DNA of 64,000 bases from an uncultured Ignavibacteriota bacterium (GTDB lineage: Bacteria; Bacteroidota; Ignavibacteria; Palsa-1295). Where the stretch lies: the NCBI GenBank assembly GCA_903900335.1, contig CAIUMP010000044.1, positions 98,686 to 162,685 of the forward strand. The letters are read 5' to 3'. How positions within the stretch are numbered: position 1 is the first letter of the stretch; each line of letters begins with the position of its first letter. The translations under genes were made by a program, and so were the position numbers. This document shows, piece after piece, positions 1 to 9,976 of the stretch. The notes beneath the pieces are model-generated. The model had not been told where the DNA came from. It searched no databases and saw only the letters and a program-made list of their open reading frames with translations.

Positions 1-32
1 TTGAATAGATTGAAGTTATTAACGTCGAACCT

Positions 33-1298
33 ATGAAGAGCTTCTCGCGATCAACCGTAAAAGCGTGGCTGCGGCGCAACAGCCACATGATGTTCCTGTT
101 GTTTGTCGGCATCGTTGCCGTCCGCGAGGCGGGCTGCGGGTATCGTGTCGACTCCCCAGTCACTGGCTCAACGCCAAGCCTGAGGATCACTGTAACTCCA
201 AAGGCCGCAACGATCGCGACCGGAGCCACACTGAATCTCTCCGCCTCCGTCACCGGATGGAAGAGTGATAGCACAGTACAATGGTCTATTTCCGGCACAA
301 ACGTGGGTGCGTTGACTGCGGCAGGCTCAAGTGCAACCTACACTGCACCGGCGACACTCGTATCGAGTCCAGTGATCGTAACGGTCATGGTCCGCTCGAA
401 CGAAGACACTTCACGAGTTGCGTATTCATCAATCACGATCGCAAAGCCGGTTGACACAACGCAGCAGGTTCAAATCCTGTTGACGCCGCTCACCGTTTCG
501 TTACAGGTTGGCAAGACGCAACCTTTCACGGCCACCGTCACGGGAAGCTCCAACACGGCTGTTACGTGGGCGCTTATCAGCGGTCCGGGTTCGATCTCCA
601 GCACTGGCCTTTACACAACGCCCGCATCGATTACAGGCACTTCGGCTGTTGCGGTCATCAAGGCGACTGCCGCAGCGAACGTCTTGGTCTCAGCTCAAGC
701 AACGATCACTATTCTTCCTCCGCCGGACACGACACCGTGTTTCACTCGCGACATACAGCCCATCATCAACAGCAATTGCACGATGGCTGGATGTCACGTA
801 AGCGGTGGCGGTGAAGCACGCGACCTGACAACATATAATGGCATCATGAGCTATGTGCGCGCTGGAACGGCAACGTCGAGCAAGCTCTATACCGTGCTCA
901 GTGCGTCGGGCGAAAACTTTATGCCCCGCGGTAAGGCTTCCCTCACTGCGGCGCAGAAATCACTTATCGCTCGATGGATCAACGCTGGTGCCAAGAACAC
1001 TGCGTGTCCGGTCGATACGAGCGGTGGCTGCGACACCAGCACGGTGTTATACTCCGGCTTCGTTGCGCCAACGCTTCAGAACTACTGCCTCGGATGTCAC
1101 TCGGGCACGAACCCATCCGGTGGGATCAACCTAGCCACCTATTCTGGTGTGCAAACGGTTGCGCTAAATGGACAATTGGTTGGCAGCCTGAATGGGACCC
1201 CGCCAAACTTCATCATGCCACAGACCGGTGCACCGCTTGACGCTTGTACGATCGCGAAGATCCGGGCGTGGGTAAATCACGGCGCTCTCAACAATTGA
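33..1298 (+). CDS. Probable lipoprotein with two Ig-like (Big_2-type) domains and two c-type cytochrome domains (PSCyt1-like)
   Basis: Hydrophobic stretch ending in AGC (lipobox-like; alternative start at 87); Thr/Ser/Val-rich Ig repeats (ITVTP..ATI, LTP.TVSL..G.TQ.FTATVTG...TAVTW); heme motifs CTMAGCH and CLGCH, each followed by MP..and I..W...GA.N. Confidence 0.75.
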   Translation: MKSFSRSTVKAWLRRNSHMMFLLFVGIVAVREAGCGYRVDSPVTGSTPSLRITVTPKAATIATGATLNLSASVTGWKSDSTVQWSISGTNVGALTAAGSSATYTAPATLVSSPVIVTVMVRSNEDTSRVAYSSITIAKPVDTTQQVQILLTPLTVSLQVGKTQPFTATVTGSSNTAVTWALISGPGSISSTGLYTTPASITGTSAVAVIKATAAANVLVSAQATITILPPPDTTPCFTRDIQPIINSNCTMAGCHVSGGGEARDLTTYNGIMSYVRAGTATSSKLYTVLSASGENFMPRGKASLTAAQKSLIARWINAGAKNTACPVDTSGGCDTSTVLYSGFVAPTLQNYCLGCHSGTNPSGGINLATYSGVQTVALNGQLVGSLNGTPPNFIMPQTGAPLDACTIAKIRAWVNHGALNN

Positions 1299-1310
1299 AA
1301 TACCACTGTG

Positions 1311-1961
1311 ATGGGCACGCTGTACAAGGTTGTAACCGGCTTCACTCACCTCCCGGGACACCCCCGGGCAGGCGCGTACGAAGCGCTCGGCAGCCGTCTT
1401 CTGGAAATTTGCGGAGGGTACAATTTTTATCGGGGAGAGCTTGAAGATACCTGGTTATTCCAAATGCTTCGCGAGATCGGCGGAGAATTCACGCATTCCG
1501 TTTCAGACAACCCTCAAAAGAATACCATCGAGTACCAATGCGTGACTCATGAGAAGTTCCGCTGGCTTGCCAGAGCACGTGAGGAGGATAGCCAATCCGA
1601 GGTGTTCATCTGGATCGACTACGGTGTCCTACACAATCCTCGAATCACCCCGGAGCACATCCAAACCTTCCTGAACAGAATAACAGATCAGCGGTTTGCC
1701 ATTCCCGGTTGTTGGGCAGAGAAATATGTTGATTATGAGCAGCACCCAAATTGGCGCTTTTGCGGCGCAGTGATGGTTGTTCCCAGGGCCTGGGTGCTGC
1801 CGTTCTATGAAGCGGCCCGTGAAAGCGTACGGGAATACATCCTTCGAACGCGCAACATTTCCTGGGACGTCAACACCATGGCACGGGTGGAACTTGCTGG
1901 AAAAATTCCAATAGAGTGGTATCAGGCCGACCATGACGAAACGATGTTCACCGCATACTGA
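1311..1961 (+). CDS. HtrL/YibB (WlaTC)-like glycosyltransferase
   Basis: VVTGF N-terminus, K..WL..A, FIWIDYG motif, WRFCGA, WY.ADH C-terminus. Confidence 0.6.
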   Translation: MGTLYKVVTGFTHLPGHPRAGAYEALGSRLLEICGGYNFYRGELEDTWLFQMLREIGGEFTHSVSDNPQKNTIEYQCVTHEKFRWLARAREEDSQSEVFIWIDYGVLHNPRITPEHIQTFLNRITDQRFAIPGCWAEKYVDYEQHPNWRFCGAVMVVPRAWVLPFYEAARESVREYILRTRNISWDVNTMARVELAGKIPIEWYQADHDETMFTAY

Positions 1962-3247
1962 TGGCCACCTCCTTCCCACAATCGGAGCCTCCCACCCGAC
2001 TCCGCTCTACTACTCCCCTTCCTATGATTCATTCCTCGTGTAACTCTCTCTCCAAGCAGCATACTGCGAAAATTGGCGTAGTCTGGTTTGCTCTTATGCT
2101 CTTCGCACTCGGAGCGTCAACGGCAGCCGCGATCCCCCGCTTCTCCCTGTTGACGGGCACGCGTTGCTCTGTCTGCCACTTCAACCCGCAAGGCAGCGGG
2201 TTGCGCACGCAACTTGGGTGGGAGATGATGAACGAGACCGGGCTACTCAAGTGGCATGATGTTTCGCTGGATACGTCAGGCATTAGCCCGACGAACGGGC
2301 TATTCGGCAACGTGCTCTTCCCGGGGTTTGATGGAAGATTGCAGCAGGTGCGGCTATCGCGTACAGGTGAGTCGAAGTTGATACCGATGCAGATGTCGGT
2401 AGGCCTTGGGTTGCAGTTTGGGCAGCAGCTTTCGCTCTCGACGAATGTCAACATCGCGAGTGTTGCGGAGCGCGCACGTGGTGGATCGCTCTATCCCGGT
2501 GAGACGGATTACGATCTCGCGTTGCAGTATCAGCCGGATGTCACACTTCCCTCTATCCGCGCCGGTATGATCGAACCAAGCTTTGGCGTGCGGCAGGATG
2601 ACCACACCATCTTCACCAACGAGGAGGCTGCGATACAAGGCACCGAGCTAATCCCCCCATACTACAACGAACTTGGTGTCGAAGTAACGTACGAAGGGAT
2701 GCGCTGGATAACGGTCAATGCCGGTGTCTTCAACTCATACAATCTCGCGCTGATCGACCCGACGATCGGCACGGTGAATTCCATGACGGACTTTTCGCAC
2801 CCGACGCTCGCGGCGCGCGTGATGTTCTGGCCGCAGTTGTTAGAGCAAGGGATCAATATGGAAGTCGGTGGTTCGGTTATTTCGAACGGCTCTTTCCGAT
2901 TGCTCAACGGCTTCGCCGGCTTCGGGCTGGCGGACAAGTCCTCCCTGTTCTTCGAAACGCTGTATGGCACGAACTCCGACCAGCGTATCATCCGCAATTT
3001 CAGTGTGATCGGCAGCTATGAACTTGCCGCGTGGCTGGCCGCCGAGTGGCGCTATGACTGGGGACAGACCGAACTCTATCCGAACATCGGGCTAAGCTTT
3101 GCGCAAGGCTTTCTTATTGGGTTGGAGTTCTTCCCCGCACCGTTTATCGAGATCCGCCCCGAGTATCGCGTCCTCCACAAAACGCCATACGGGTCGGACG
3201 GCACTTTCACCGGCCAATGGACCGGACAGATCCATGTGTTTTATTGA
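1961..3247 (+). CDS. Outer-membrane beta-barrel with N-terminal monoheme cytochrome c (Cyc2-like cytochrome-porin fusion); true start probably downstream (~2024-2096)
   Basis: Signal peptide ..ASTAAA|IPRFSLLTGTRCSVCHFNPQGSG; amphipathic beta-strands throughout; C-terminal GQIHVFY (aromatic terminal residue). Confidence 0.7.
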   Translation: MATSFPQSEPPTRLRSTTPLPMIHSSCNSLSKQHTAKIGVVWFALMLFALGASTAAAIPRFSLLTGTRCSVCHFNPQGSGLRTQLGWEMMNETGLLKWHDVSLDTSGISPTNGLFGNVLFPGFDGRLQQVRLSRTGESKLIPMQMSVGLGLQFGQQLSLSTNVNIASVAERARGGSLYPGETDYDLALQYQPDVTLPSIRAGMIEPSFGVRQDDHTIFTNEEAAIQGTELIPPYYNELGVEVTYEGMRWITVNAGVFNSYNLALIDPTIGTVNSMTDFSHPTLAARVMFWPQLLEQGINMEVGGSVISNGSFRLLNGFAGFGLADKSSLFFETLYGTNSDQRIIRNFSVIGSYELAAWLAAEWRYDWGQTELYPNIGLSFAQGFLIGLEFFPAPFIEIRPEYRVLHKTPYGSDGTFTGQWTGQIHVFY

Positions 3248-3253
3248 TCGCGG

Positions 3254-3469
3254 ATGAGCAGAGCATTTGTAAAGGAATCAGAGGGTGAATGGCTCGGAGA
3301 TGTTGCTCCGGAAATTGCCGCACTCGAGCGCTTCCTCACGCGTGAGAGTGGTGAGAAGATCTACCAACTTGAGTTGACCATCGAAACCGCAACAGGCCGC
3401 GAGATTCACGAGATGAACAACGGTGATCGCTATGCGCTGGATATGGATCGGCGGTGGCGGAAGCTTTAA
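3254..3469 (+). CDS. Small hypothetical protein beginning MSRAFVKE (N-terminus shared with GreA/GreB-like proteins)
   Basis: 71-aa ORF 6 bp after the porin stop; MSRAFVKE start motif; no Gre C-terminal domain. Confidence 0.55.
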   Translation: MSRAFVKESEGEWLGDVAPEIAALERFLTRESGEKIYQLELTIETATGREIHEMNNGDRYALDMDRRWRKL

Positions 3470-3519
3470 GAGCGCAGGGTTTGGGAAGCAGGCGCTTCCC
3501 GAACCCTGTCCAAAGCGCG

Positions 3520-3651
3520 GGGACGTCTGTCACGGGGATGATTGTCGAACTCCTCAGTCCCGATACGCACGAAGTGGAGTTGAGCGACGCGTCGTGCGAG
3601 GAGACTCGACCAATGCACTGCATCCTTATCTCAGGCCTGCGGGTTCGCTGA
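3520..3651 (+). pseudogene. Possible DUF4926-like fragment
   Basis: GMIVELLSPDTHEVELSD resembles the G.IVE.L.P..FEVEFSD motif; no convincing N-terminus. Confidence 0.3.
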
Positions 3652-3823
3652 GATTAGCGGGTTTTGAATCGGATTGACGTCGTTGCTCTCGGGCGTATTT
3701 CTCACGGTTCGCTTTGATAATTTGGCTCAATCGCTTATGCTCCTCTTCGGTAAGGGGCGTACTTTGGACATAGATATCGAAATCGTCGAGTCGAGCAAAA
3801 TCAGGTGTTTTTTTGTGTCCCAT
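3626..3823 (-). CDS. Small hypothetical protein, putative antitoxin partner of the upstream GNAT-like gene
   Basis: 65-aa ORF overlapping the end of 3801..4364; DF.V.S.PLTEEE...LS..IKA pattern with a basic tail. Confidence 0.6.
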   Translation of the reverse strand: MGHKKTPDFARLDDFDIYVQSTPLTEEEHKRLSQIIKANREKYAREQRRQSDSKPANLSEPAGLR

Positions 3824-4364
3824 CAAAATTCTCGCTATCGAAATCGTTGAAATATTGCCGTGTTAGAATAAGCGCTTCCGGTGTGTTTATCAACATCCGA
3901 ATGCCCCATAATAGTTGTGCTCCTATCGTCTCTTGGTAGTGAGGAATCAGAGCGGTTTTAGATTCGAATGCCACTGTGCCTCCATACCCGTTTTCGAAGG
4001 CCAGTTTAGATGCGAATGCAAAAAGATTACCGGGTACTCCGACAAAGAGCTTTTGTTGGCCTTTGTTGAATTCCGAACTCTCGATGAGGTGAACGAAGAC
4101 GTGATCCCCGAGGTCTTCGATGCTGATCAACCCCTGAATAATAGTCGGGTTCTCGCGGGTCGTCAATTTATAGACCTCCCGTTGCTGTTGGCGGAGTTCA
4201 AACGTCCAATCGAATTGCCACGCACCGTCGTCCAGCAATTTTGAGTCCGATGGATAAATTTGTTCGATAATCGTGTCGAATCTCTCACCGGAGATGCGGA
4301 GTTCGATAGACCTCGTGAGCTTATCGATTTTGACATTGAGACGGCTCGTTCGGGTGGTCTTCAT
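3801..4364 (-). CDS. GNAT-like (N-acetyltransferase fold) protein
   Basis: IDKLT.SI, WQFDW, EVYKL, IIQGLIS, HVFVHLIES, GVPGNLFAFA.KLAFE.GY.G.VAF.SKT.LI.HY motifs. Confidence 0.6.
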   Translation of the reverse strand: MKTTRTSRLNVKIDKLTRSIELRISGERFDTIIEQIYPSDSKLLDDGAWQFDWTFELRQQQREVYKLTTRENPTIIQGLISIEDLGDHVFVHLIESSEFNKGQQKLFVGVPGNLFAFASKLAFENGYGGTVAFESKTALIPHYQETIGAQLLWGIRMLINTPEALILTRQYFNDFDSENFDGTQKNT

Positions 4365-4716
4365 TGTTCAAAGTTAATATTTCTTGCCGGAAACCTTGTG
4401 AAATCCTTTCCATGCGTACCTGTCGCGGAATGCGAGCGGGATGTCGAGCGAGGTCGCTCGACTTACTCCAGCAATTCCGGGTCTTTGGAAATTGGGGGAA
4501 CCGCAAAATAATTATGGAAATCGCTTTCTGTCCCAAAGACAAAATTCCGTAAGTTATTGATTTCATTGAAGAGTTCATGAAGCACAAACCGCACAAACGA
4601 ATCGTGCACGTAATTTCAGGAGAGTGAGCACGGGTTTGCACAAAGACAACTTTCCAAGAAAACGTGTGCCTTTATCAAGCCCAAATCAAAAACACACGAA
4701 TTATAGCTTTCTCCCT

Positions 4717-4790
4717 GTCATTCCGAGCTGGCGAGGAATAGCGCGCGGAGGTGCTCCTTGACGAGGGATTCCTCGCAGGCTCGGAATGAC
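4717..4790. repeat. 74-bp palindromic REP/MITE-like element
   Basis: Terminal IR GTCATTCCGAGC (4717-4728)/GCTCGGAATGAC (4779-4790); inner IR GCGAGGAAT (4731-4739)/ATTCCTCGC (4768-4776). Confidence 0.75.
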
Positions 4791-4810
4791 GTTTTCTGCG
4801 AGCGGCATGA

Positions 4811-6358
<1,548 letters not shown>

Positions 6359-6385
6359 GAGCGTTGTTGAAAGTTGCTTGCAAGG

Positions 6386-6420
6386 GAGCCGCTTCAGAAA
6401 TGAGGCGGCTTTTGAGTTTT
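6386..6420 (+). terminator. Intrinsic terminator after atpD
   Basis: GAGCCGCTTCA-GAAA-TGAGGCGGCTT followed by TTGAGTTTT. Confidence 0.8.
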
Positions 6421-6715
6421 GGGGAACTCGCCTCGGATCGATCTTAAGGTCACAAATATTTCCCCTTTGGTTTGTATTGGGTTGATTTGAGTAGGGACAG
6501 ATTTGTGCATAGTTTGTCGCGAACAATTGAGTTACGCCAACTGTCCGTTGAACATGCGGTGCTGTGGTGGCATCGTCTTAGGGTCAAGCGATTCTCGTAC
6601 GCTCCTCTATGAGCTTGGTGATCGGACATTAGGTCATGAGATACCCCTCCGTTGCATTGTAGCGCTGGGCTACATCTCATCGTCCATTCTATCAGCTATT
6701 GCGACTTGAGTACGC

Positions 6716-8026
6716 TTGCCCATCCACTCGAATGAAGTCAACGTCGATATTCAATACTTGGGGGGTGGAAGAGACATGGGAACTCGTAACTCGTTCATCG
6801 CGCATACCATCGGACTCGAACGGCAAGTGCCGACAATCCGACAAAGCGCAAGATCAGAATCTTTCCTCTATGCAAATCGGTACATAGCCTCCACAGCGGT
6901 GGGGGCGATCGTGTTCGCACCGATGGCATGGCACGTCGTGCTTGATCCTGTGCCGGGTTCGGACTTTAGCATGCATCTCGGCCTGGCAACGCGCATGTGG
7001 CAGGAAGGAGCCATCGGCCTTCCTCATTTCCTGTATCATTTTCTCATTCTGCTCATGTCCAACTGCATGGGCATGACTCTGAAACTGGCAAGTCTATTGC
7101 TGACAACGGCAGGGTTGGCTGCCATCCTGCCACTGTCCCAGCTTGTGATCTTCCGGGAGCGTGGCGGCCTGTCAGCCTTGTCAATTGTGCTCGTTACTTC
7201 TATCGCCTCATCCATCACAATTTGGACGATCCCGTCGCATCACCTCTATTTCGGCTATATCCCGCTTGCCGTTTACCACAGCCCAACGATGACACTCATG
7301 AAACCGCTGGCGCTGTGGAATTTCCTTCTCCTATCAAGAGGATTGACCGTGCGGATCAGCTCCGCCAGGGTACAAAGGTGGAGTGTTATTTCCCTCATTC
7401 TCTGTGGGCTTGCTAAACCAAGCTACGTCTTGATACTTTTGCCAGCTGCCATCGTGTTCGTCTGTATTCGAAAACTTCTCCGGGCGGAAGCTTCGTGGTG
7501 GTTCTTGCTTCACTGTGTGGTTGTTCCGAGTCTCGCTCTGTTGATATGGCAGTACTGTTTCACGTATCTTTCAAATTCCGCCTTCTATTGCGAGAGGGGT
7601 GAGACGGGAATCGAGTTTGCACCGTTGCTGGCAGTCAGGACGGTTAGTGGCAATCTGCTGATCAAACTCCTTGGTTCCATCGCCTTCCCGCTCAGCGTGT
7701 CCTGCGTGCATTGGAATCGGCTACGTGCGTATCCTGAATACAACTTTGCTCTGCTGCTCTTCAGCTTCGGTGCGCTGTGCTTTTACCTACTTGCCGAACG
7801 AGGCATGCATTTGACCCATCTAAATTTTCTTTGGAGCGCTTCAATCGGCCTGTTGCTCTGGTTTTTGTGCTGTGTTCGAATTCTTGTTGTAGAGACCAGA
7901 AACTCGGAGCGCGAGATGGGGTCGATGGGTACCCTCATTTGCTGTTTCGTGCTAGCCCTGCATATTATCTGCGGGGCGCTATGGTACGCGGTCGAAGTTA
8001 CCCGCTCGTTTGCTGCTGGATGGTGA
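6716..8026 (+). CDS. Polytopic membrane protein, possibly GT-C-like; start uncertain (likely downstream)
   Basis: About 10-11 hydrophobic segments; SDF..H, PHFLYH, YHSPT..LMKP, AKPSY motifs. Confidence 0.55.
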   Translation: MPIHSNEVNVDIQYLGGGRDMGTRNSFIAHTIGLERQVPTIRQSARSESFLYANRYIASTAVGAIVFAPMAWHVVLDPVPGSDFSMHLGLATRMWQEGAIGLPHFLYHFLILLMSNCMGMTLKLASLLLTTAGLAAILPLSQLVIFRERGGLSALSIVLVTSIASSITIWTIPSHHLYFGYIPLAVYHSPTMTLMKPLALWNFLLLSRGLTVRISSARVQRWSVISLILCGLAKPSYVLILLPAAIVFVCIRKLLRAEASWWFLLHCVVVPSLALLIWQYCFTYLSNSAFYCERGETGIEFAPLLAVRTVSGNLLIKLLGSIAFPLSVSCVHWNRLRAYPEYNFALLLFSFGALCFYLLAERGMHLTHLNFLWSASIGLLLWFLCCVRILVVETRNSEREMGSMGTLICCFVLALHIICGALWYAVEVTRSFAAGW

Positions 8027-8190
8027 GGATGCGTGCTCGGCATGAGGAGTGCCCTGATTGCTTTGCTGCACGGAGCAAATCCACTACCCAAACGGAACTG
8101 ACAACACAGCTCGAAAATCCATGCGGCGTGATCGTTGATGTGCACTCTCGCGCCGGCGACAAACTGTTCTTCATTCGTGTTGAAGTTGGT

Positions 8191-9819
8191 ATGCCATCAT
8201 TTGCTACTAGCCCATCTTACCAGAATCCCGCTCTCCACCGCTTCGCAAGTGAGCTGACTCATCAGCTTGGGCTGAGTAAGGAGTTGGAGCGCCTCCATAC
8301 TCAAGTAGCCAGGATCCCACTCTTCGTCACATTGTACTCGGATGAGACGCTCTATGATGTGCTCGCCTACTGGAAGACACTTCGGGAGTCGTACGATATC
8401 CAATCCACATATATCACCGCGTTGAGTGCCTGGAATTCACGCGACTCCATTAAACGTACCGTTGCTTCCTTGAGGGTTGCCGATCTGCTGGAGCGGGTTA
8501 GTTGCTGGGAAGGGGCCATTGAAGTGCTCCGCGAACAGATCGCTGATTGCGTTGAGCGTGGAGATAGAATTGTTGAGGCCAAGTCACGAGCCGCTCTTGC
8601 AAAGTTATTCGGTCGGCGAGCGCAGCATAAACTAGCGCTGATCGAATATGAGTTGGCAAAGCAAGTCTTCCAGGAGTTTGGCGACAACGAAGGGATCAGA
8701 GCGGTTCTTGAGGGCATGGCAAACGTCCGGTTGAATCTCGGACAGATGGAAGAGGCGCAAGCGCACTGGCGTCAGTTGAAGGTCCTTTGCACGGATGCGG
8801 GTGATGAGAGCGGCCTTGCGTCGCTCTATCACAACAGTGCTACTCTGGACTTGTATCAGGGCAAGTTTGAGGTAGCTTTAGAGAATCTCGATCGAGCCAT
8901 GGAGATAAATAGGCGGACTGGCAATCGTACTTGGCTCGGCAATAATGCCAGCTCCCTCGCTTCCGCTTACTACTTTCAAGGTGACTTCCGAAAGTCCTTA
9001 ATCGAATTCACCCGCAGCAAAGAGATTCGAGAAGGTCTTGGAGACCGTCAAGGAGCCGCTGCAGCGATGGGAAATATTGCAGGGGTGTACTACGAATTGG
9101 GTGAGTTCGATTTGGCGCTTGAGAGTTCACGAAAGAACTACGCTATCCGAGTTGAGATCGGTGATCGTGATGGCGCGTCTAGCGCGATACTAAATATGGG
9201 CAACATCCTCACGGAACTTGGTGACTGGGAAGCAGCGATAAAGAGCATTGTCATCGCCGAGGCGGAAAATCGGGACACGGGCGCACGTGTCTCACTTGCG
9301 TATAGCTTATTTGGGGCTGCCTTATCGTTTTACAAGGTTGTTCCCAACCACACTGCAATGCCTGAATGGCTGCCACTTCATGTAACCGGTGCGAATCCCG
9401 ACAATTGGCGTGTGCGGACTCTCGCGCTTTCAGAAGCAAAGGCACGGGAATGCGTCGAACTCTCCAAGGAGATGAACCTGAGCGGCCCTCTCTTTTCTGC
9501 TCAAGTCCATTTGGCGACCATTGCCAATGAGGAAGCAGACTATCCTGGTGCATACGCAATGTTGGAGGCACTGCTCCACGGCAACTCCGACGAAGCCCAA
9601 CTTGCCAACATACACTTTGAGCTTTGGGGTACTTTTTCCAGGGCTGCTGAACGAGCGGTGCTATTGCTCGACGATCATGAAGCAGATGCGGCAGCGAAAT
9701 TGCATCATTTCGACGAAGCTCTTTCACGCTACACCCAACTTTGTGAGAACTCGGCAAGCATCGAGCATAGGAGACGACTCAATGAGCTGGAGAGCAAGCG
9801 TCATATGTTCGCAGAGTAA
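8191..9819 (+). CDS. Tetratricopeptide repeat protein (MalT/NPHP3-type ~40-aa TPRs)
   Basis: Repeated G..A....N.A..YY..G.F..AL.......I....GDR units; ATG at 8191 (the upstream ORF extension overlaps the previous gene). Confidence 0.8.
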   Translation: MPSFATSPSYQNPALHRFASELTHQLGLSKELERLHTQVARIPLFVTLYSDETLYDVLAYWKTLRESYDIQSTYITALSAWNSRDSIKRTVASLRVADLLERVSCWEGAIEVLREQIADCVERGDRIVEAKSRAALAKLFGRRAQHKLALIEYELAKQVFQEFGDNEGIRAVLEGMANVRLNLGQMEEAQAHWRQLKVLCTDAGDESGLASLYHNSATLDLYQGKFEVALENLDRAMEINRRTGNRTWLGNNASSLASAYYFQGDFRKSLIEFTRSKEIREGLGDRQGAAAAMGNIAGVYYELGEFDLALESSRKNYAIRVEIGDRDGASSAILNMGNILTELGDWEAAIKSIVIAEAENRDTGARVSLAYSLFGAALSFYKVVPNHTAMPEWLPLHVTGANPDNWRVRTLALSEAKARECVELSKEMNLSGPLFSAQVHLATIANEEADYPGAYAMLEALLHGNSDEAQLANIHFELWGTFSRAAERAVLLLDDHEADAAAKLHHFDEALSRYTQLCENSASIEHRRRLNELESKRHMFAE

Positions 9820-9976
9820 ATAAACCTTACCTGTTCCGTGAGAAGAGCGGAAAATTAGCCGCCTGACCGTCAATAAATCTTACGATTGGGCAATTGGGTC
9901 AATTGATTGAGTATTGGAATTCCGCGGAATCGAGCGAAATTCCGTAGCTGGCAAGAATCTGGTACTTCGCGCGGGT

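Noticed and set aside
4550-4562. IHF-consensus site TAAGTTATTGATT as a mobile-element end
   Set aside because: A single short match in an AT-rich tract with no associated recombinase or att repeat
7777-8190. N-terminal extension of the TPR ORF
   Set aside because: Overlaps the upstream membrane gene by 250 bp and looks non-protein-like; ATG 8191 preferred
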